Below are positions 26,026 to 38,971 of a stretch of DNA of 64,000 bases, one piece after another. Numbering within the stretch: position 1 is the first letter of the stretch; each line of letters begins with the position of its first letter. The notes under the pieces were generated by a model, which did no database searches, was not told the origin of the DNA, and worked only from the letters and a program-made list of their open reading frames with translations. The DNA lies in assembly GCA_030390025.1 (NCBI GenBank), contig CM059433.1, forward strand, positions 30,878,001 to 30,942,000. The letters run 5' to 3'. This stretch comes from Squalus acanthias (taxonomy: Eukaryota). Made by a program: the position numbers and the translations under genes.

Positions 26026-26549
26026 ACCCTCTCACATTTCTTTCATCAGACTTTTGGAGAACTGTAAAAGTCGATCAGTACAAGCTGCTCTCTGTGAAGG
26101 GTTATTTGAGTCATTTCCATCATTACACTGAACTGTCCTGAACTAGTTATATCTTGCCACAGAAGGAAAGCCAAACATAACATGTTTCAACACAAATCAG
26201 TAGTATACTTGCAGATTAATTTAACAGAGAAGGCTAACGAAATGGATAGTTCAAATTGATTCAAAGGTCTCTGATGTGATTCTACAAACAGAAAGAATTG
26301 AGGGATTATGGTAGAAAGCAGGTAGGGATTGAGATCATTTAAGTAGGAACAAGCTTGGTCGACCCAGTGGAGTTCTTCATTCCTAAAAATTCTTCTATAA
26401 TATTTGTTAGTTAGCACTGACTATACAATGTTCCTAATAGATACAACATTCAGCTCATTAAATTGTCAGGCCAGCTATAATATAATTAACTGCAGAATAA
26501 TGTTGTCACTTGTTATAATAAAAGAACTGTTCTGCAGTTCCTTCACTGA

Positions 26550-27325
26550 GGTCCTGTCAGACTGCTTATCCAACATCCAATCTTGGATGAGACATAATTT
26601 CCTCTAGTTGAACTTTGGGAGGACCAGCGCCATTGTCTTCGGTCCCATACTCTGTATACTAGCCGCCAACTTATTTCCTGTACCTGGCCAGTCTCAGGCT
26701 GAACCAGACTATTCATGACATCGGTGTTCTCTTCACCCCGGAGTTAAGTTTCCCACCCCCATATCCTCTCCATCACAAACACCGATAAACTTCCACCTCT
26801 GTTACACCTCTGTAACAGTGCATGCCCATGCCCCTACCTTAGCCCATCTGTAGCCGACACCCTCATTCCTGCTTCTGTTGCCTCCAGACTAGATTACTCC
26901 AATGCTCTCCTGACCAGTTTCTATTCCTCTACTCTGTATAAACCTTAGCTCATCCAAAATCCAGCTGCCCATCATATCTTGTCCTGCTCAACAATCACCC
27001 CGCACCTCCCCCCCCCGCCACCCCCCGCATCCTAGCTGATCTGCATTAGCTTGTGGTCCTCAATGCCTCAAATTCCGATCCTAATGTTTAATCCCATCAT
27101 GGCATCTTTCCTCCCTGTCTCTGTAAACTTCTCCGGCCCTACAACCTGCCTCCTCAACTTTCCATTTCTCTGAATCCAGCCTCTTGTGCAAGCCCCCTTT
27201 CTTTGCCCCACTACTGGCAGCTGTGCCTTCAGCTGTCTATGTCTCGCTTTCTTTCCCTAAACCCCTCTGTTTCTCCACTTCCCTCTCCTCCTCGGAAACC
27301 CTCCTTAAGACGGGTCTCATTGACC
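26550..27325 (+). mobile_element. Decayed L2 LINE RT C-terminus
   Basis: LSDCLSNIQSWM, followed by ctccagactagattactccaatgctctcctg (SRLDYSNALL), typical of L2. Confidence 0.75.
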
Positions 27326-27500
27326 AAATTCGTCTGGGGCGGTAGCGCACACCGGACGATAGAGAATCGGCAGCCCACTTTACACTTCGCTCGACTGAAG
27401 TCAACGGGAAAGAAAACCGGGCAGACGAGCCTGTTTTTGAGCCAATGCCCGAGATGAATTTATACCTCCGTGTGAAATACTATGGGAGACCGACTCTAAT

Positions 27501-27965
27501 GCCAGCCGTGGCTCAGTGGGTAGCATGCTCACCTCTGAGTCAGAAGGTTGTGGGTTCATAGCTCCACTCCAGAGACATAGGCACACAATCTAGGCTGACA
27601 CCTCAATGCAGTATTGAGGGTAGTGCTGCATTGTCAGAGGTGCCATCATTCAGATGAGATGTTAAACCAAGGCCTTGTCTACCCTCTCGGTTGGATGTAA
27701 AGGATCCCATGGCACTATTTCAAAGAAGAGCAGGGGAGTTCTCCCCAGTGTCCTGGCCAATATTTATCCCTCAACTAACACCAGTAAAAGCAGATTATCT
27801 GGTCATTATCACATTGCTGTTTGTAGAAGTTTGCTCGGCGCAAATTGGCTGCCACGTTTCATACAGTATAACAGTGACTACACTTCAAAATAGTACTTCA
27901 TTGGCTGCAAAGCGCTTTGGAACGTCCTGAGGTCGTGAAAGGCGCTATATAAATGCAAGTCCTTC
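27501..27965 (+). mobile_element. Full-length DeuSINE (SacSINE1-like)
   Basis: gccagccgtggctcagtgggtagca head through aaaggcgctatataaatgcaagt tail. Confidence 0.88.
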
Positions 27966-28594
27966 TAATATATAAAAAAAGTCTGGTTCTATGTGATTTT
28001 TCTTTTGTATCTGGTCTGACTCATTGCATATAAGAAAGTTGGCCAATGTTTGCTATCTGAATTGAATCTGCACATTACTTATTGCTCCTTTCTAAGTTTA
28101 GTTTCAATCCATCTTCCAACAAGTTGCAGTATCCATTCAGCAGATTTCCCCTGCCCCGGTGGGAAAAGAAATGCTGCATCTCCAGACAAGCGGCAGATAA
28201 TTAACATTTTGTAATCAAACCGGGTTGTCGGTACTTTGCTGAGATGTCCCCATTTCCACTGCTTTGATTGAGTCATACCCAGTTAATGAATTAATTTCTG
28301 CTTTAATGGTTCTGTACAAACACTGTGAAGCCGTATGACTTTATTGAACAAAGGCAAATAGGGTGCAAAAATGTTATTAGTTGCCTGGGATCATTTCTGA
28401 TGTTGCACTCAGTGCCCCATGGTGAAACTATTTTATGATCTATATTTGAAAATATAATTTATTGCTTTCCAAGGGTTTCTAGGCAGAAGTGGAGAGATCT
28501 TGCTCAGTGAAGGCCTTTTTGTGATGTAGGTTGCAGTGCAACTAAGGGTGAGAAGCCAGATGATAGTTTCACTGTACAGCTACCCATAGATAGA

Positions 28595-28992
28595 TTCTCC
28601 CTCCACCATCGGCACACCATGACTGCAGTGTGTGCTATCTACAGGATGCACTGCAGCAATTTGCCGAGGTTTCTTTTGCAGTACCTCCCAAACCCGCGAC
28701 ATTTACCACCTAGAAGGACAAGGGCAGCAGTTGCATGGAAACACCACCATCTCCAAGTTCCTCTCCAAGTCACACACCATCCTGAGTTGGACCCATCTCG
28801 GCTGTCCCTTCATTGTTGCTGGGCCAAAATCCTGGAACTCCCTCCCTAACAGCACTGTGGGAGTACCTTTACCACACGGACTGCAGCGGTTTAAGAAGAA
28901 GGCTCACCACCACTTTCTCAAAGGCAACTAGGGATGGGCAATAAATGCTGGCATTGCCAGCGACGCCCATATCCCGAGAATGAATAAAAAAA
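28595..28992 (+). mobile_element. 3' end of a second CR1/L2-group LINE family
   Basis: TAVCAIYRMHCSNLPR...GPKSWNSLP and 3' end gggatgggcaataaatgctgg...gaatgaataaaaaaa. Same family as 33350-35300. Confidence 0.8.
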
Positions 28993-29029
28993 GATAACTT
29001 CCAATTTCACTTCAAGGAATAGTAAATCA

Positions 29030-29320
29030 AGGGACTAGCGCAGTGGGCAGAACAATATTCTTCTGCCGCTGGGTCCTGGGTTCAAATCCAGTTCAAAGTG
29101 ATAGGATGAAAGTCTTAGCTGTCTGAGAGCCGCAAATGACTACAAAATGAGCCTTGGCAGCCTCAGTCTGTTTGCTCAAAGTTACAGCTTGGCAACACAG
29201 AAAATACCCATAATTTGGCAACAATTGACATTAAAGTAGCAACTTCATTCAGAGGCCACTAAGATGGCTGGAGGGAGAAATGAAAATGTCACACTGGTGC
29301 AGTGGATAAAGCGTTGATGT
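29030..29320 (+). mobile_element. Old tRNA-derived SINE resembling LF-SINE
   Basis: B-box gggttcaaatccag, then gatgaaagtc...aaatgagccttggcagcctcagtc...aatttggcaacaattgaca...cagaggcca. This is colinear with the LF-SINE consensus as recalled, not as searched. Confidence 0.5.
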
Positions 29321-29974
29321 TGGTAATCTGAAAGGCGACACCTCTGACACTGCACTGGAGTGTCAGTCTAGATTTTGTGCTCAAGTCTCTGGACTGGAAC
29401 TTGAACCCATGATCAACTGAACCACGGCTGACACCTGTGTGGGGGTGTGGGGGGGGTCATCCTTGGCTCCCGCTGTAACTCCAGCCGGAACAACAACCAC
29501 CCCCGCACAAAATAACGTACCTGCTGGGTCTCCGTTGTCTTTGGGGGATTCCGGAGTTACAGCAGGAATAGGGGGAGAACCCATTTAGATTTTCAGGGGG
29601 AGAAGCTGCATGGAGTGGATTTAACTTCTGTTGAGCTGAACTGAACCTAATAGCAATATCTTGATGTAAGTTAGCCTACGTTCCAGCCACTGTCATCTTG
29701 GGCAGGGGCCTCGGAACTGGCGACTGGAAGGACCTGGCTGTTTCAGGTGGGGCCACTTTAAATACGCAAATCAGCGTCCTTTACCATACCCTGGACCCAG
29801 ACCACGATTTGGAGGCACAAACGGGCAGAGCATGTGCCAAGTAGGCTCCCGCCCATTCGTTCCTGCGTTGAGTGGCCCCAACCAGTTTAAAAAGTGTCCC
29901 AAAATATCAGGGACTACTTCAACCGCAGAATATTAACCCGGTGCGAAAAGAAATGCTTCAGAATTGGGAATTCT

Positions 29975-30322
29975 GAGGGGTTTTGGATAAGGTAAATGAG
30001 TGGGAAACATATTTTCCACTGGTTGGTGAGTTGGTAACTAGAGGGTCTCAATTTAAGTTCATCAGCAGAAAAATGGAGGGAGAGGTAGGGAAGGAATTTT
30101 TTTTAAGCAGTGGGTTGTTAGGACATGGACTGACTGATGAGAAATAGTGGGGTGATAACAGAATCCATAACAGCTTTTAAAAGGGGAGGATAAATATTTG
30201 ACCAAGAAGTATTTTCAGAGCAAAAAAGCAGAGGAGTGGGACTAATTGGACAGCTCCTTCAAAGAGCTGGCACAGGCACGACAGGCTGAATGTCCTCATT
30301 CTGTGCTGTAGGATTCTATGAT
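29975..30322 (+). mobile_element. CR1 3' fragment
   Basis: ttttccactggttggtgagttggtaactagaggg...ctgtgctgtaggattctatg. Confidence 0.75.
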
Positions 30323-30429
30323 AATAAGAGGTCTGAAGTACAGTACAGCTTTGAGTGCTGGTTTGGCGTGTGCAGTTCACCGGCTGTACGCAGTTCACCT
30401 AGGCCTCAAAATGGCATGGTGGCGACAAA

Positions 30430-30630
30430 ATAAATGACCAGATAATCTGTTTTAGTGATGTTGGTTGAGGCATTAATGTTAGCCAGGACTCCAGGGAGAA
30501 CGCCCCTGCTCTTCTTTGAAATAGTGGCATGGGATCTTTTATGCCCACCTGAGACAGCAGACGGAGACTCAGTTTAACGTCCCATCCGAAAGACGGCACC
30601 TCCAACAGTGCAGCACTCCCTCAGTGCTGC
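30430..30630 (-). mobile_element. DeuSINE internal fragment
   Basis: Reverse complement of the central SINE domain. Confidence 0.8.
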
Positions 30631-30819
30631 CCATTGACAGCGCGTTGCGCGGCAAAAGGTTTAAAATCTCTCCCGTGCCGTTATACAGTGGCAAAATGGA
30701 ATATTGCCATATTGTATTGTGCTCAGCAATGGCCAAGGGTCAATGAGGCCGATTCTTGTGCCTGGGAGCAGTGGATTACCTGCTACAGTGAATAGAGGAA
30801 AATCAGGTGAGGAAAAGAT

Positions 30820-31247
30820 GAAAGAAAGAGCATCTTTCACAACCTCAGGACGTCCCAAAGTGCTTCACAGCCAATGGAGTACTTTTTGAAGTGTAGTCAC
30901 TGCTGTAATGTAGGAAACACAGCAGCCAATTTGCACACAGCAAGATCCCACAAACAGCCATGTGATAATGGTCAGATGATCTGTTTTAGTCATGTTAGTT
31001 GAGGGACAAACATTGACCAGGGAGAACTCCCCTGCTCCTCTTCTTTGAAAAAGTGCCACGGGATCTTTTCTGTCCACCCGAGAGGGCAGACGGGGCCTCG
31101 GTTTAACGTCTCATCCGAAAGCATTCCCTCACTACTGCACTGGAGTGCCAGCCTGGATTATGTGTTTAAGTTTTGTGGAGTGGGATTTGAATCCATGACC
31201 TTCTGAATCAGAGATGAGCATGCTACTCACTGAGCCATGGCTGACAC
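30820..31247 (-). mobile_element. Near-full-length DeuSINE
   Basis: Reverse-complement head (actgagccatggctgacac) at ~31229-31247 and tail at ~30820. Confidence 0.85.
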
Positions 31248-32094
31248 TTCAGGCTGAGGAGGATCATAGGTCAATATAAGGGGGCCCAGTCAGTCGCTCG
31301 TGCAGATTGGAAAAGGAATATTTATCTGTTTGTTTCAATATATTTCCAGCATGAGTCTTATGAAGAGTGGGCTTGGCTTGCATGGGAAATATAGGGGTTA
31401 ATTTTCTGCTTGAATAAGAAGATGACTTTTCTCCGAAGGCATTGGGACATAGGCAGCAGCTGACCTATAAGTATTTTCTCTTTGCTTGTACGCACCAGTC
31501 TGTAGGAATGGCCAGTGGCAGGTTGGCATAGCATGTTGGAGCGCCAATGGAATTTAAGGGCACGGGTTCAATCACCCACTCCATTGCCCATCACACTGCT
31601 CCAAGAATACACCTCTCCAGGGGGGAAGAGCAACTGGGGGACGAGAGTTCACTACAGCTGCTGTTCTCATACCTCCTCTGCAGCGATGATTGTGCATGGA
31701 CCTCTGGGAACAAAAACTGAGGGAAAGAAGAGGTTGCAGTCCTCACAGGAGAGTTCATGCCCTCAAACAAAAAGAAACATTTGTCTCCTTTGATTCTGGT
31801 CCTGTTTCTGGCTGGGGCAGAGATGCCCTCGTAAAAAAGGGTAGGTACTGCAGAGAATTGTCAGGGCCAGAATGGGCTCCTGGACTAGTTTCAATCGCTC
31901 AAGGCAGTGGGGGGGCCGGGGGTTGGGGGGCGGGAGTCGGAGAGGAATTTCCCAGATTTTTTTAATCTCCCAAATTGGCCTGGTTTTGGGTGGAGTGGAA
32001 AGTGTATGTATTGCGATGCACAAGGTATCAGAGGGTGTCTTCCTCTCCGTCATTGTTCGTATTTTTGGGTGATCAATCCACAGGCCAACGGGTA

Positions 32095-32420
32095 ATGGAG
32101 CCCTAGAGGCCAGTTTCGACCCTCCCACTCCGTGCTGAGCTAGCAGTAGGGACATTGCTGTAGTCTGTGATGTCCCCAGTCTACACGGGCGGTAAATCAA
32201 TCAGGGATGCGATCGGGGCTCCGACATGTTATGCCAACGTGCCACTAGGCATTCCTACCTCCTCACCTGCTGGAAGAGTCTGCAGGGTGCGGGACTCGGC
32301 TGAAGAGAGGACCAAACTGTAGCCCACGATGCCCTTCACAGTCAAATAGCCTGGCCGTGCAGCTCCCTCATGGCAAGCGTGCCGAGGTATCAGGCTGCCA
32401 CCCGTGGAACCGTCACCCAG
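32095..32420 (+). mobile_element. Old SINE resembling AmnSINE2
   Basis: gtgctgagctagc...cctgctggaagagt...gatgcccttcacagtcaaatagcctg...cccgtggaaccgtcacccag is colinear with the recalled AmnSINE2 consensus. Confidence 0.5.
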
Positions 32421-33039
32421 GAGGAGGAGGAGGAGGAGAAATAATAATAAAAAAGAATTGGAAGTGATGCCCAAGGCTGACACTGAGATAATAATTTGTC
32501 TGCATCTGTAGCTCCACACTCCACTGATAAATGATGGATGATAAAATCTATTGGCTGCATGTACTAATATAACTGGAGCAGTTTGCAATGGGCAGCATGG
32601 TTGCACTCTGTGAACTGGACGCTGCTGATATTTTCGAGTGGGTACTTTGCCTCTCCCAAATCAAATAGCTAAATTAAATTTATTCTGTAAATTTGCAGCC
32701 TGGTAATCCTCACAGTTTATGTATAATTCATCAGCAGAGTAAAGAATCTGGGACTTTGCATGTGTGTAAAGGTGGTTTATGCTTGATTGCCTTGTGTAAA
32801 AAGGGGCTTGCAGCCTGCACGGCCCCATGTGCAGAGCGGCCTTCAAATCTGTCCGCTATTTATCGGGATGATTTGACCCCTGGCACTGATTGAGGCGTTA
32901 TCTTTGGTTCGACAATGGTATCCGAGGGTGTTGAACGTTTCACGGTCAAACTCAAATCGAGCACAGTGAAGTTAAGCTGAGGTTGCACTCGTGAGGTGTT
33001 CTAAGGTATGGTAGAGTGTCAAACAGTCAACCCTGCCAC

Positions 33040-33340
33040 ATGAGGACTATCAGAAAAGGTTGAAAGGCTGGGGCTCTTTTCTCTAGAAAAAAGAAGGCTG
33101 AGGGGTGACCTAAAAGAGGTCTTTAATATAATGAAAGGGTTTGATAGGGTAGACACAGGGAAGATGTTTTCACTTGTGGGGGAATTCAGAACTAGAGGTC
33201 ATAATTATAAGACAGTCACGAATAAATCCAATAAGGAATTCAAAAGAAAATTCTTTACCAAGAGAGTGGAACTTGCTACCACATGGAGTGGTTTAGGTGA
33301 ATAGCATAGATACAATTAAGGGGAAGCGAGATAAACACAT
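33040..33340 (+). mobile_element. CR1 RT C-terminal fragment
   Basis: aggctgaggggtgacctaaaagaggtctttaatataatgaaagggtttgatagggtagac. Confidence 0.8.
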
Positions 33341-33349
33341 TTTTAAAAT

Positions 33350-35300
33350 TGGTTTTATTCATTCATGGGATGTGGGTGTCACTTGCACGGCCAGCATTTA
33401 TTGCCCATCCCTAATTGCCCTCGAGAAGGTGGTGGTGAGCCGTTTTCTTGAACCATTGCAGTCCGTGTGGTGAAGGTACTCCCACAGTGCTATTAAGTAG
33501 GGAGCAATGTTCCGGTTAAGCTGCGCTGCCGCGGCTGTGCAGCGGTCTGGAGGGCTTGCCAGCACCACAATGGGAAAAACCGCGCATGAATGGAAATTTG
33601 AATCAGCCGTGCAGCCCCTTAAAGGGGCCTTGCACCCAAAAAAAATTAAAGGGAATATTGGTAGGGAGTTCAAGGATTTTGACCCAGCGACGATGAAGGA
33701 ACGGCGATATATTTCCAAGTCAGGATGGTATATGACTTGGAGGGGAACTTGGACGTGATGGTGTTCCCATGCACCTGCTGCCCTTGTCCTTCTAGCTGGT
33801 AGAGGTCGCGGGTTTGGGAGGTGCTGCTGAAGAAGCCTTGGCGAGTTGCTGCAGTGCATCTTGTAGATGGTACACACTGCAGCCACAGTACGCCAGTGGT
33901 GGAGGGAGTGAATGTTTAAGGTGGTGGATGGGGTGTCAATCAAGCGGGCTGCTTTGTCCTGGATGGCATCGAGCTTCTTGAGTGTTGCTGGAGCTGCACT
34001 CATCCAGGCAAGTGGAGAGTATTCCATCACATTCCTGACTTTTGCCTTGTAGATGGTGGAAAGGCTTTGGGGAGTCAGGAGGTGAGTCACTCACCACAGA
34101 ATACCCAGCCCCTTACCTGCTCTTGTAGCCACATTATTTATAAGAACATAAGATGTTGGAGCAGGAGTAGGTCATTTGGCCCCTCGAGCCTGCTCCGCCA
34201 TTCAATAAGATCATGGCTGATCTGATAAATTTATATGGTTGGTCCAGTTAAGTTTCTGGTCAATGGTGACCCCCAGGATGTTGATGGTGGAGGATTTGAT
34301 GATGGTAATGCCATTGAATGTCAAGGGGAGGTGGTTAGAATTTCTCTTGTTGGAGATAGTCATTGCCTGGCACTTGTATAGCGTGAATGTTACTTGCCAC
34401 TTATCAGCCCAAGCTTGAATGTTGTCCAGATCTTGCTGCATGCGGCACAGACTGCTTCATTATCTGAGGAGTTGCGAATGGAACTGAGCACTGTAATCAT
34501 CAGCGAACATCCCCATTTCTGACCTTAGGATGAAGGGAAGGTCATTGATGAAGCAGCTGAAGATGGTTGGGCTGAAGACACTGCCCTGAGAAACTCCTGC
34601 AGTGATGTCCTGGGGCTGAGGTGATTGGCCTCAAACAATGCAACCATCTTTCTTTGTGCTAGGTATGACTCCAGTCAGTGGAGAGTTTTTCCCCCGATTC
34701 CCATTGACTTCAATTTTACTAGGGCTCCTTGATGTCACACTTGGTCAAGTGCTGACTTGATGTCAAGGACAGTCATTCTCACCTCTCCTCTGGAATTCAG
34801 CTTTTTTGTCCATGTTTAGACCAAGGCTGTAATGAGGTCTGGTGCCGAGTAGTCCTGTCGGAACCCAAACTGAGCATCAGTGACCAGATTATTGGTGAGT
34901 AAGTGTCGCTTGATAGCACTGTCGATGGCCCTTTCCAACACTTTGCTGCTGATTGAGAGTAGGCTGATGGGGCAGTAATTGGTCAGATTGGATTTGTCCT
35001 GATTTTTGTGGACAGGACATATCGGGCAATTTTCCACTTTGTTGGGTAGATGCCAGTGTTGTAGCTAAACTAGAGCAGCTTGGCTGGAGGCACTGCTAGT
35101 TTTAGAGCACATGTCTTCAGTACTACAGCCGGGATGTTGTCGGGGCCCACAGCCTTTGCTGTATCCAGTGCGCTCAGCCGTTTTTTAATATCACGTGGAG
35201 TTAATCGAATTGGCTGAAGACTGGCTTCTGTGCTGGTGGGGACCTCAGGAGGAGGCCAAGGTGGATCGTCCACTCGGCACTTCTGGCTGAAGATGGTTGC
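33350..35300 (-). mobile_element. Decayed CR1/L2-group non-LTR retrotransposon, second family
   Basis: KAVGPDNIPAVVLK, NYCPISLLSISSKVLE, QFGFRQ, QQDLDNIQAWADKWQ and IYKAKVRNVMEYSPLAW across the minus-strand ORFs. Interrupted by a hAT MITE and a short CR1 tail at ~34140-34225. Confidence 0.88.
33505..33660. mobile_element. 156-nt hAT-type MITE
   Basis: TIRs CAATGTTCC and GGAATATTG. Perfect 8-nt TSD GTAGGGAG at 33497-33504 and 33661-33668. Confidence 0.85.
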
Positions 35301-35934
35301 ACATGAGGGAGATAGGAATGTTATGCTGATAGGGTCAGATGAAGTAAGGTGGGAGGAGGCTCGTGTGGAGCATAAACACCGGCATGAGCCAAGTGGGCCT
35401 AGTGGCCGTTTCTGTGTTGTAAATTCTATGAATATTTCTTCACTTGTCTTTGAGTCCAGGCAGTGGATTCTGAGGACCACTGAATGCGTACAAGCCAGCA
35501 GTCAGTGGGGTAGATTTTAACTATCAGCATGTTTCTGCAGGAATCGGTTACTTTCCGAGCCGCTCAGCAGCAGCATGAGGTCACGGCAATATTTAGCTGC
35601 GGATATTATTACCAAGCTGCTGCTTCACTTTGCACCTGGAACAGGTGGGAATTGGTGGCTGGCCTTGCCCATGGGCATCTGCCAGCATGCTGCTAGATGT
35701 GGGATCGGGGGTTCAGGGAGGGATTCACAAGAGGTAATGGAGGGCGGGGGGTTTGGTGGGGTGGGGGAGAGTCTGGGGCAGGAAAGACCTAAACCTCCCT
35801 TGTGGGGCCTGGAAAAACACTCCTGCTCCTCCTTCTCCCACAAAGAGTAAGAAACTTATCTTCACATCCCAATCCTCTTCAGACCTGCTTCAGCCTAGCC
35901 AGAAACCCACAGCTTCTGGGAAGTATCTGGGTTC

Positions 35935-36209
35935 TGTAGCAATTGTCTACAATCTCAAAGCGAAGACTGTGGGGTCTGTAGCAATCTTCTACCATCTCAA
36001 AGCGAAGACTGTGGGATCTGTAGCAATCTCTACCATCTCAAAGCGAAGACTGTGGGGTCTGTAGCAATCTTCTACAATCTCAAAGCGAAGACTGTGGGGT
36101 CTGTAGCAATCTCCTACCATCTCAAAGCGAAGACTGTGGGGTCTGTAGCAATCTCCTACAATCTCAAAGCGAAGACTCTGGGTTCTGAAGCAATCTCCTA
36201 CCATCTCAA
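35935..36209. repeat. 42-nt tandem repeat, about 6.5 copies
   Basis: Unit TGTAGCAATCTCCTACCATCTCAAAGCGAAGACTGTGGGGTC starts at 35935, 35977, 36019, 36060, 36102, 36144 and 36186. Confidence 0.95.
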
Positions 36210-36265
36210 GAGAATGACTCGGGTGTGAACCAGTCTTTGACTGGATTTAGGGTATTAAACACAGT

Positions 36266-38971
36266 GGCCGGAATTTTCTTTACCTGGGCGGATCGAGTGC
36301 AGGCGGTTGGCGTGGCGGGTCAGGACCCCATTCTTCTTTTCATCGCGCTCCTCAAAGTGACTTTCCCTTAATGGTGCCTATTAAGGCAGGCCTGCGCATT
36401 ACCTGGCCCTATTAAATGGTGCGGGTCTGATGACATAATTGATTACTTATTTCCAGCTGGGATATTTAAAGGAGCCTTGGCCACATTGTATTTCATGGTT
36501 CATCTAGGTGTGTGCTGGATGAACATTTTAGCTTGTGGGTCTTGCTCAGCCTTGCACACTTGACTGCATAGAGGCAGAGGGCTGCACCCAGGTTCACAGA
36601 TGACTCCCTGCATATGATTGTGAAGGGAGTGAGAGCACGCAGGGAGGTCCTCTTCCCTTCTGATGGGTGCATGAGACCTCCCCAGGAGACCAAAAGAACC
36701 TGGCTCAAGATAGCAGAGGAGGTCAACAGCAGGGATGTTGTGAGGAGGACCTGGGTGCAGTGCTGGAAGCGCTTCAATTATCTCATTAGATCAGGAAAGG
36801 TGAGTGGAAAGCCACACTCAACTTTATCCTGCTGTGCCTCTCATCACATCCCCATTTGACTTATCACCCCTCACACTCACCCTCATCCTAATGCACTCAT
36901 AACAATACCACACAAGGAGGTCATTTGGCATTGGCACCCCACTCCCTCAGAGTCACCTTCTACAGATGTAACCCATCCACTCCTTACACTCATTCCATCA
37001 CTCTCACTCAAACTTCTCTTCTTTTCCTCCTTGCAGGAGAAGAGAGCCCACAATAACAGGGAGAGTGAAAGAACCGGAGGTGGCCCTCCATCAGTGGCCA
37101 CGTTGACTCCAGCAGAGGAGGTCGCCCTGGACGTCTCAGGAATTGCAAAGCAGCTGGCGATGGGAGACGGAGAGAGGGGGACATCTCAGCAAACTGGTGA
37201 CAGAATTACATCTCATACAGCCACATAGCAAACAGCAATCACTCATATGGGTTTGATGTCAGCAGCCAGTGAATGGTCATCATGTGCATAACGGTATAGT
37301 TACCCATTCTTGATATGACATTTCTAAATCATCTCTTTACTCTCCCACGGGTTCATCAAGAGCTCCTCCCCACTGTCCAGGTGGAAGAGGAAGATGACTC
37401 CTCAGATGAGCCTCCAGCCTCTGAGGGTGCACTGTCACCAGACATAAACGCACCCAGCACCAGCGCAGATACGCAAGCCTCGGGGGCCATCGAGAAAGAG
37501 GGCAATCCTGGAGGTGCAGGAAGAAGTGCAGGAGGCTCTGACAGGTTTTGTGACTGCGATGTCTGCAAATGTGCAGAGAATGGAGGAGTCCATCTCCAAC
37601 ATGAGCAGCACCAAACCTGGCGGAGCATGTGCAGCCATATGGGTGTAATGCATGAAGTTAAGTAAATTTGGCCATGATGAGGCTATCCTTGGCCTTCTGG
37701 GCAGCAATGTGCTCAGGTGCTGGTGGCATCTGGACCTCAGGTTCCTCCTGCTCCTCCTTGTCTTCCAGCTGATGCTCCCCCTCCTCCGCTGCTGAAGAGG
37801 CTGTGCACTCAGTGCCTTGCTCCTCATGCAGCGCTAATCCTCTCTGCTGCACTATGTTACGCAGAGCGCAGTTGACGCCCTGCACCCATGGGAAGTCAGC
37901 CAGAGCAGCAAAGCCGAGCACCTGCTCAGTAACATTGGTGTCATCAGTGGTAAAGTTGATGTAATTGGCTGACTTGTCACACAGGGCATCGGTCACCTGG
38001 GTGATGCATCTGTGGGCGGCCTGACTGCGAGATGCCGCAAACGTCTGCTGCAGATCCCTGGAAGGAGCCTGAGGTGAAGAAGTTGAGGGCGCTGGTGACT
38101 TTGACAGCTACTAGGTCCTCTGGGCTGGAGGACTTGCTCCAGCAATGTGCAAATGTCTGCGATGACCTGGTGCAATAGCCTCAGCCTTCTTTGGCACTGC
38201 TGCTCAGTCATATTGAGGAAGCCCATCCTCTGCCTGTATACCCTGTGTTGGGGGTATCGCCTCCAACGTGGTGCAGCCCTACGCTGATGCCCTCTGTCCT
38301 GTGGAGCATCAGGCCATTGAGGAGAAGGTTGGTGGTGTTGTTGTTGCTGCTGCTGGTGTGCCTGGTTCTGCTGGTGTTGGGGCTCATCGTGGTCCAATTC
38401 TGAGGACCAAAGTGAGACTGTATAAATGGCACCCATGCTGATGGAAGAGAGGACAGGTCAAGTAGAGATTAGAGAAGCAGTCTGTCAATGGTGTGATAGG
38501 TAGTACCAATGAGGTGACAGCGGGTTCTGAATTTGCAGGAAAGACTGGAAAACTCTAGAGACCTAAATCTGTGCTGAAAATGCACTCAGCAACAGCATTT
38601 CCCTTAGGAAAGTAAGCAGGAGTCAGGTGGCAGTATTTATTGTGCTTTCCATGCTCTGTACTTCGAACAATGGGCACTGAACTTCCGCCTCAGCTTGACA
38701 GATGTGCTTCCCGAGCTGCGTGATTCCCGTGGTCATGCAGTGAAATTGAAAAGGTATGGTTAAAAAGATAGTTAAAGGTCTGACAACCAGCTGATATTTA
38801 TCGAAATTGGGTTGCCCGCCTCTGCCATTTGTGTCGCTGCCGCGCTGGCAAACACGCCCGAGTTAAAGGCACGAGGAGGCAGGATGACGGCGGGTTCCCG
38901 ACTCATTCTGATTTATTTCGACTCTCATTCCGACCCAATCCCACACACACGGACAAATGGAAATTCTGGCC
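36266..38971. mobile_element. Second bipartite Harbinger: Myb/SANT on +, internally deleted transposase on -
   Basis: Termini ggccggaattttc and ggaaattctggcc. Plus strand reads AAPRFTDDSLHMIVKGVRARREVLFP...RTWVQCWKRFNYLIRSGK|GTGAGT and ttgcAG|EKRAHNNRE. Minus strand 38436-37658 reads MGAIYTV...RVYRQR...DFPWVQGV fused directly to CALRNIVQ, so the DDE core is deleted. Confidence 0.85.

Noticed and set aside
31393..32880. Additional Harbinger-like element (ggggttaattttc ... gatgatttgacccc)
   Set aside because: The terminal match is weak, with no clear TSD or coding remnant.
35935..36209. Possible CRISPR array
   Set aside because: Units are contiguous with no unique spacers, there are no cas genes, and the context is a vertebrate intron.
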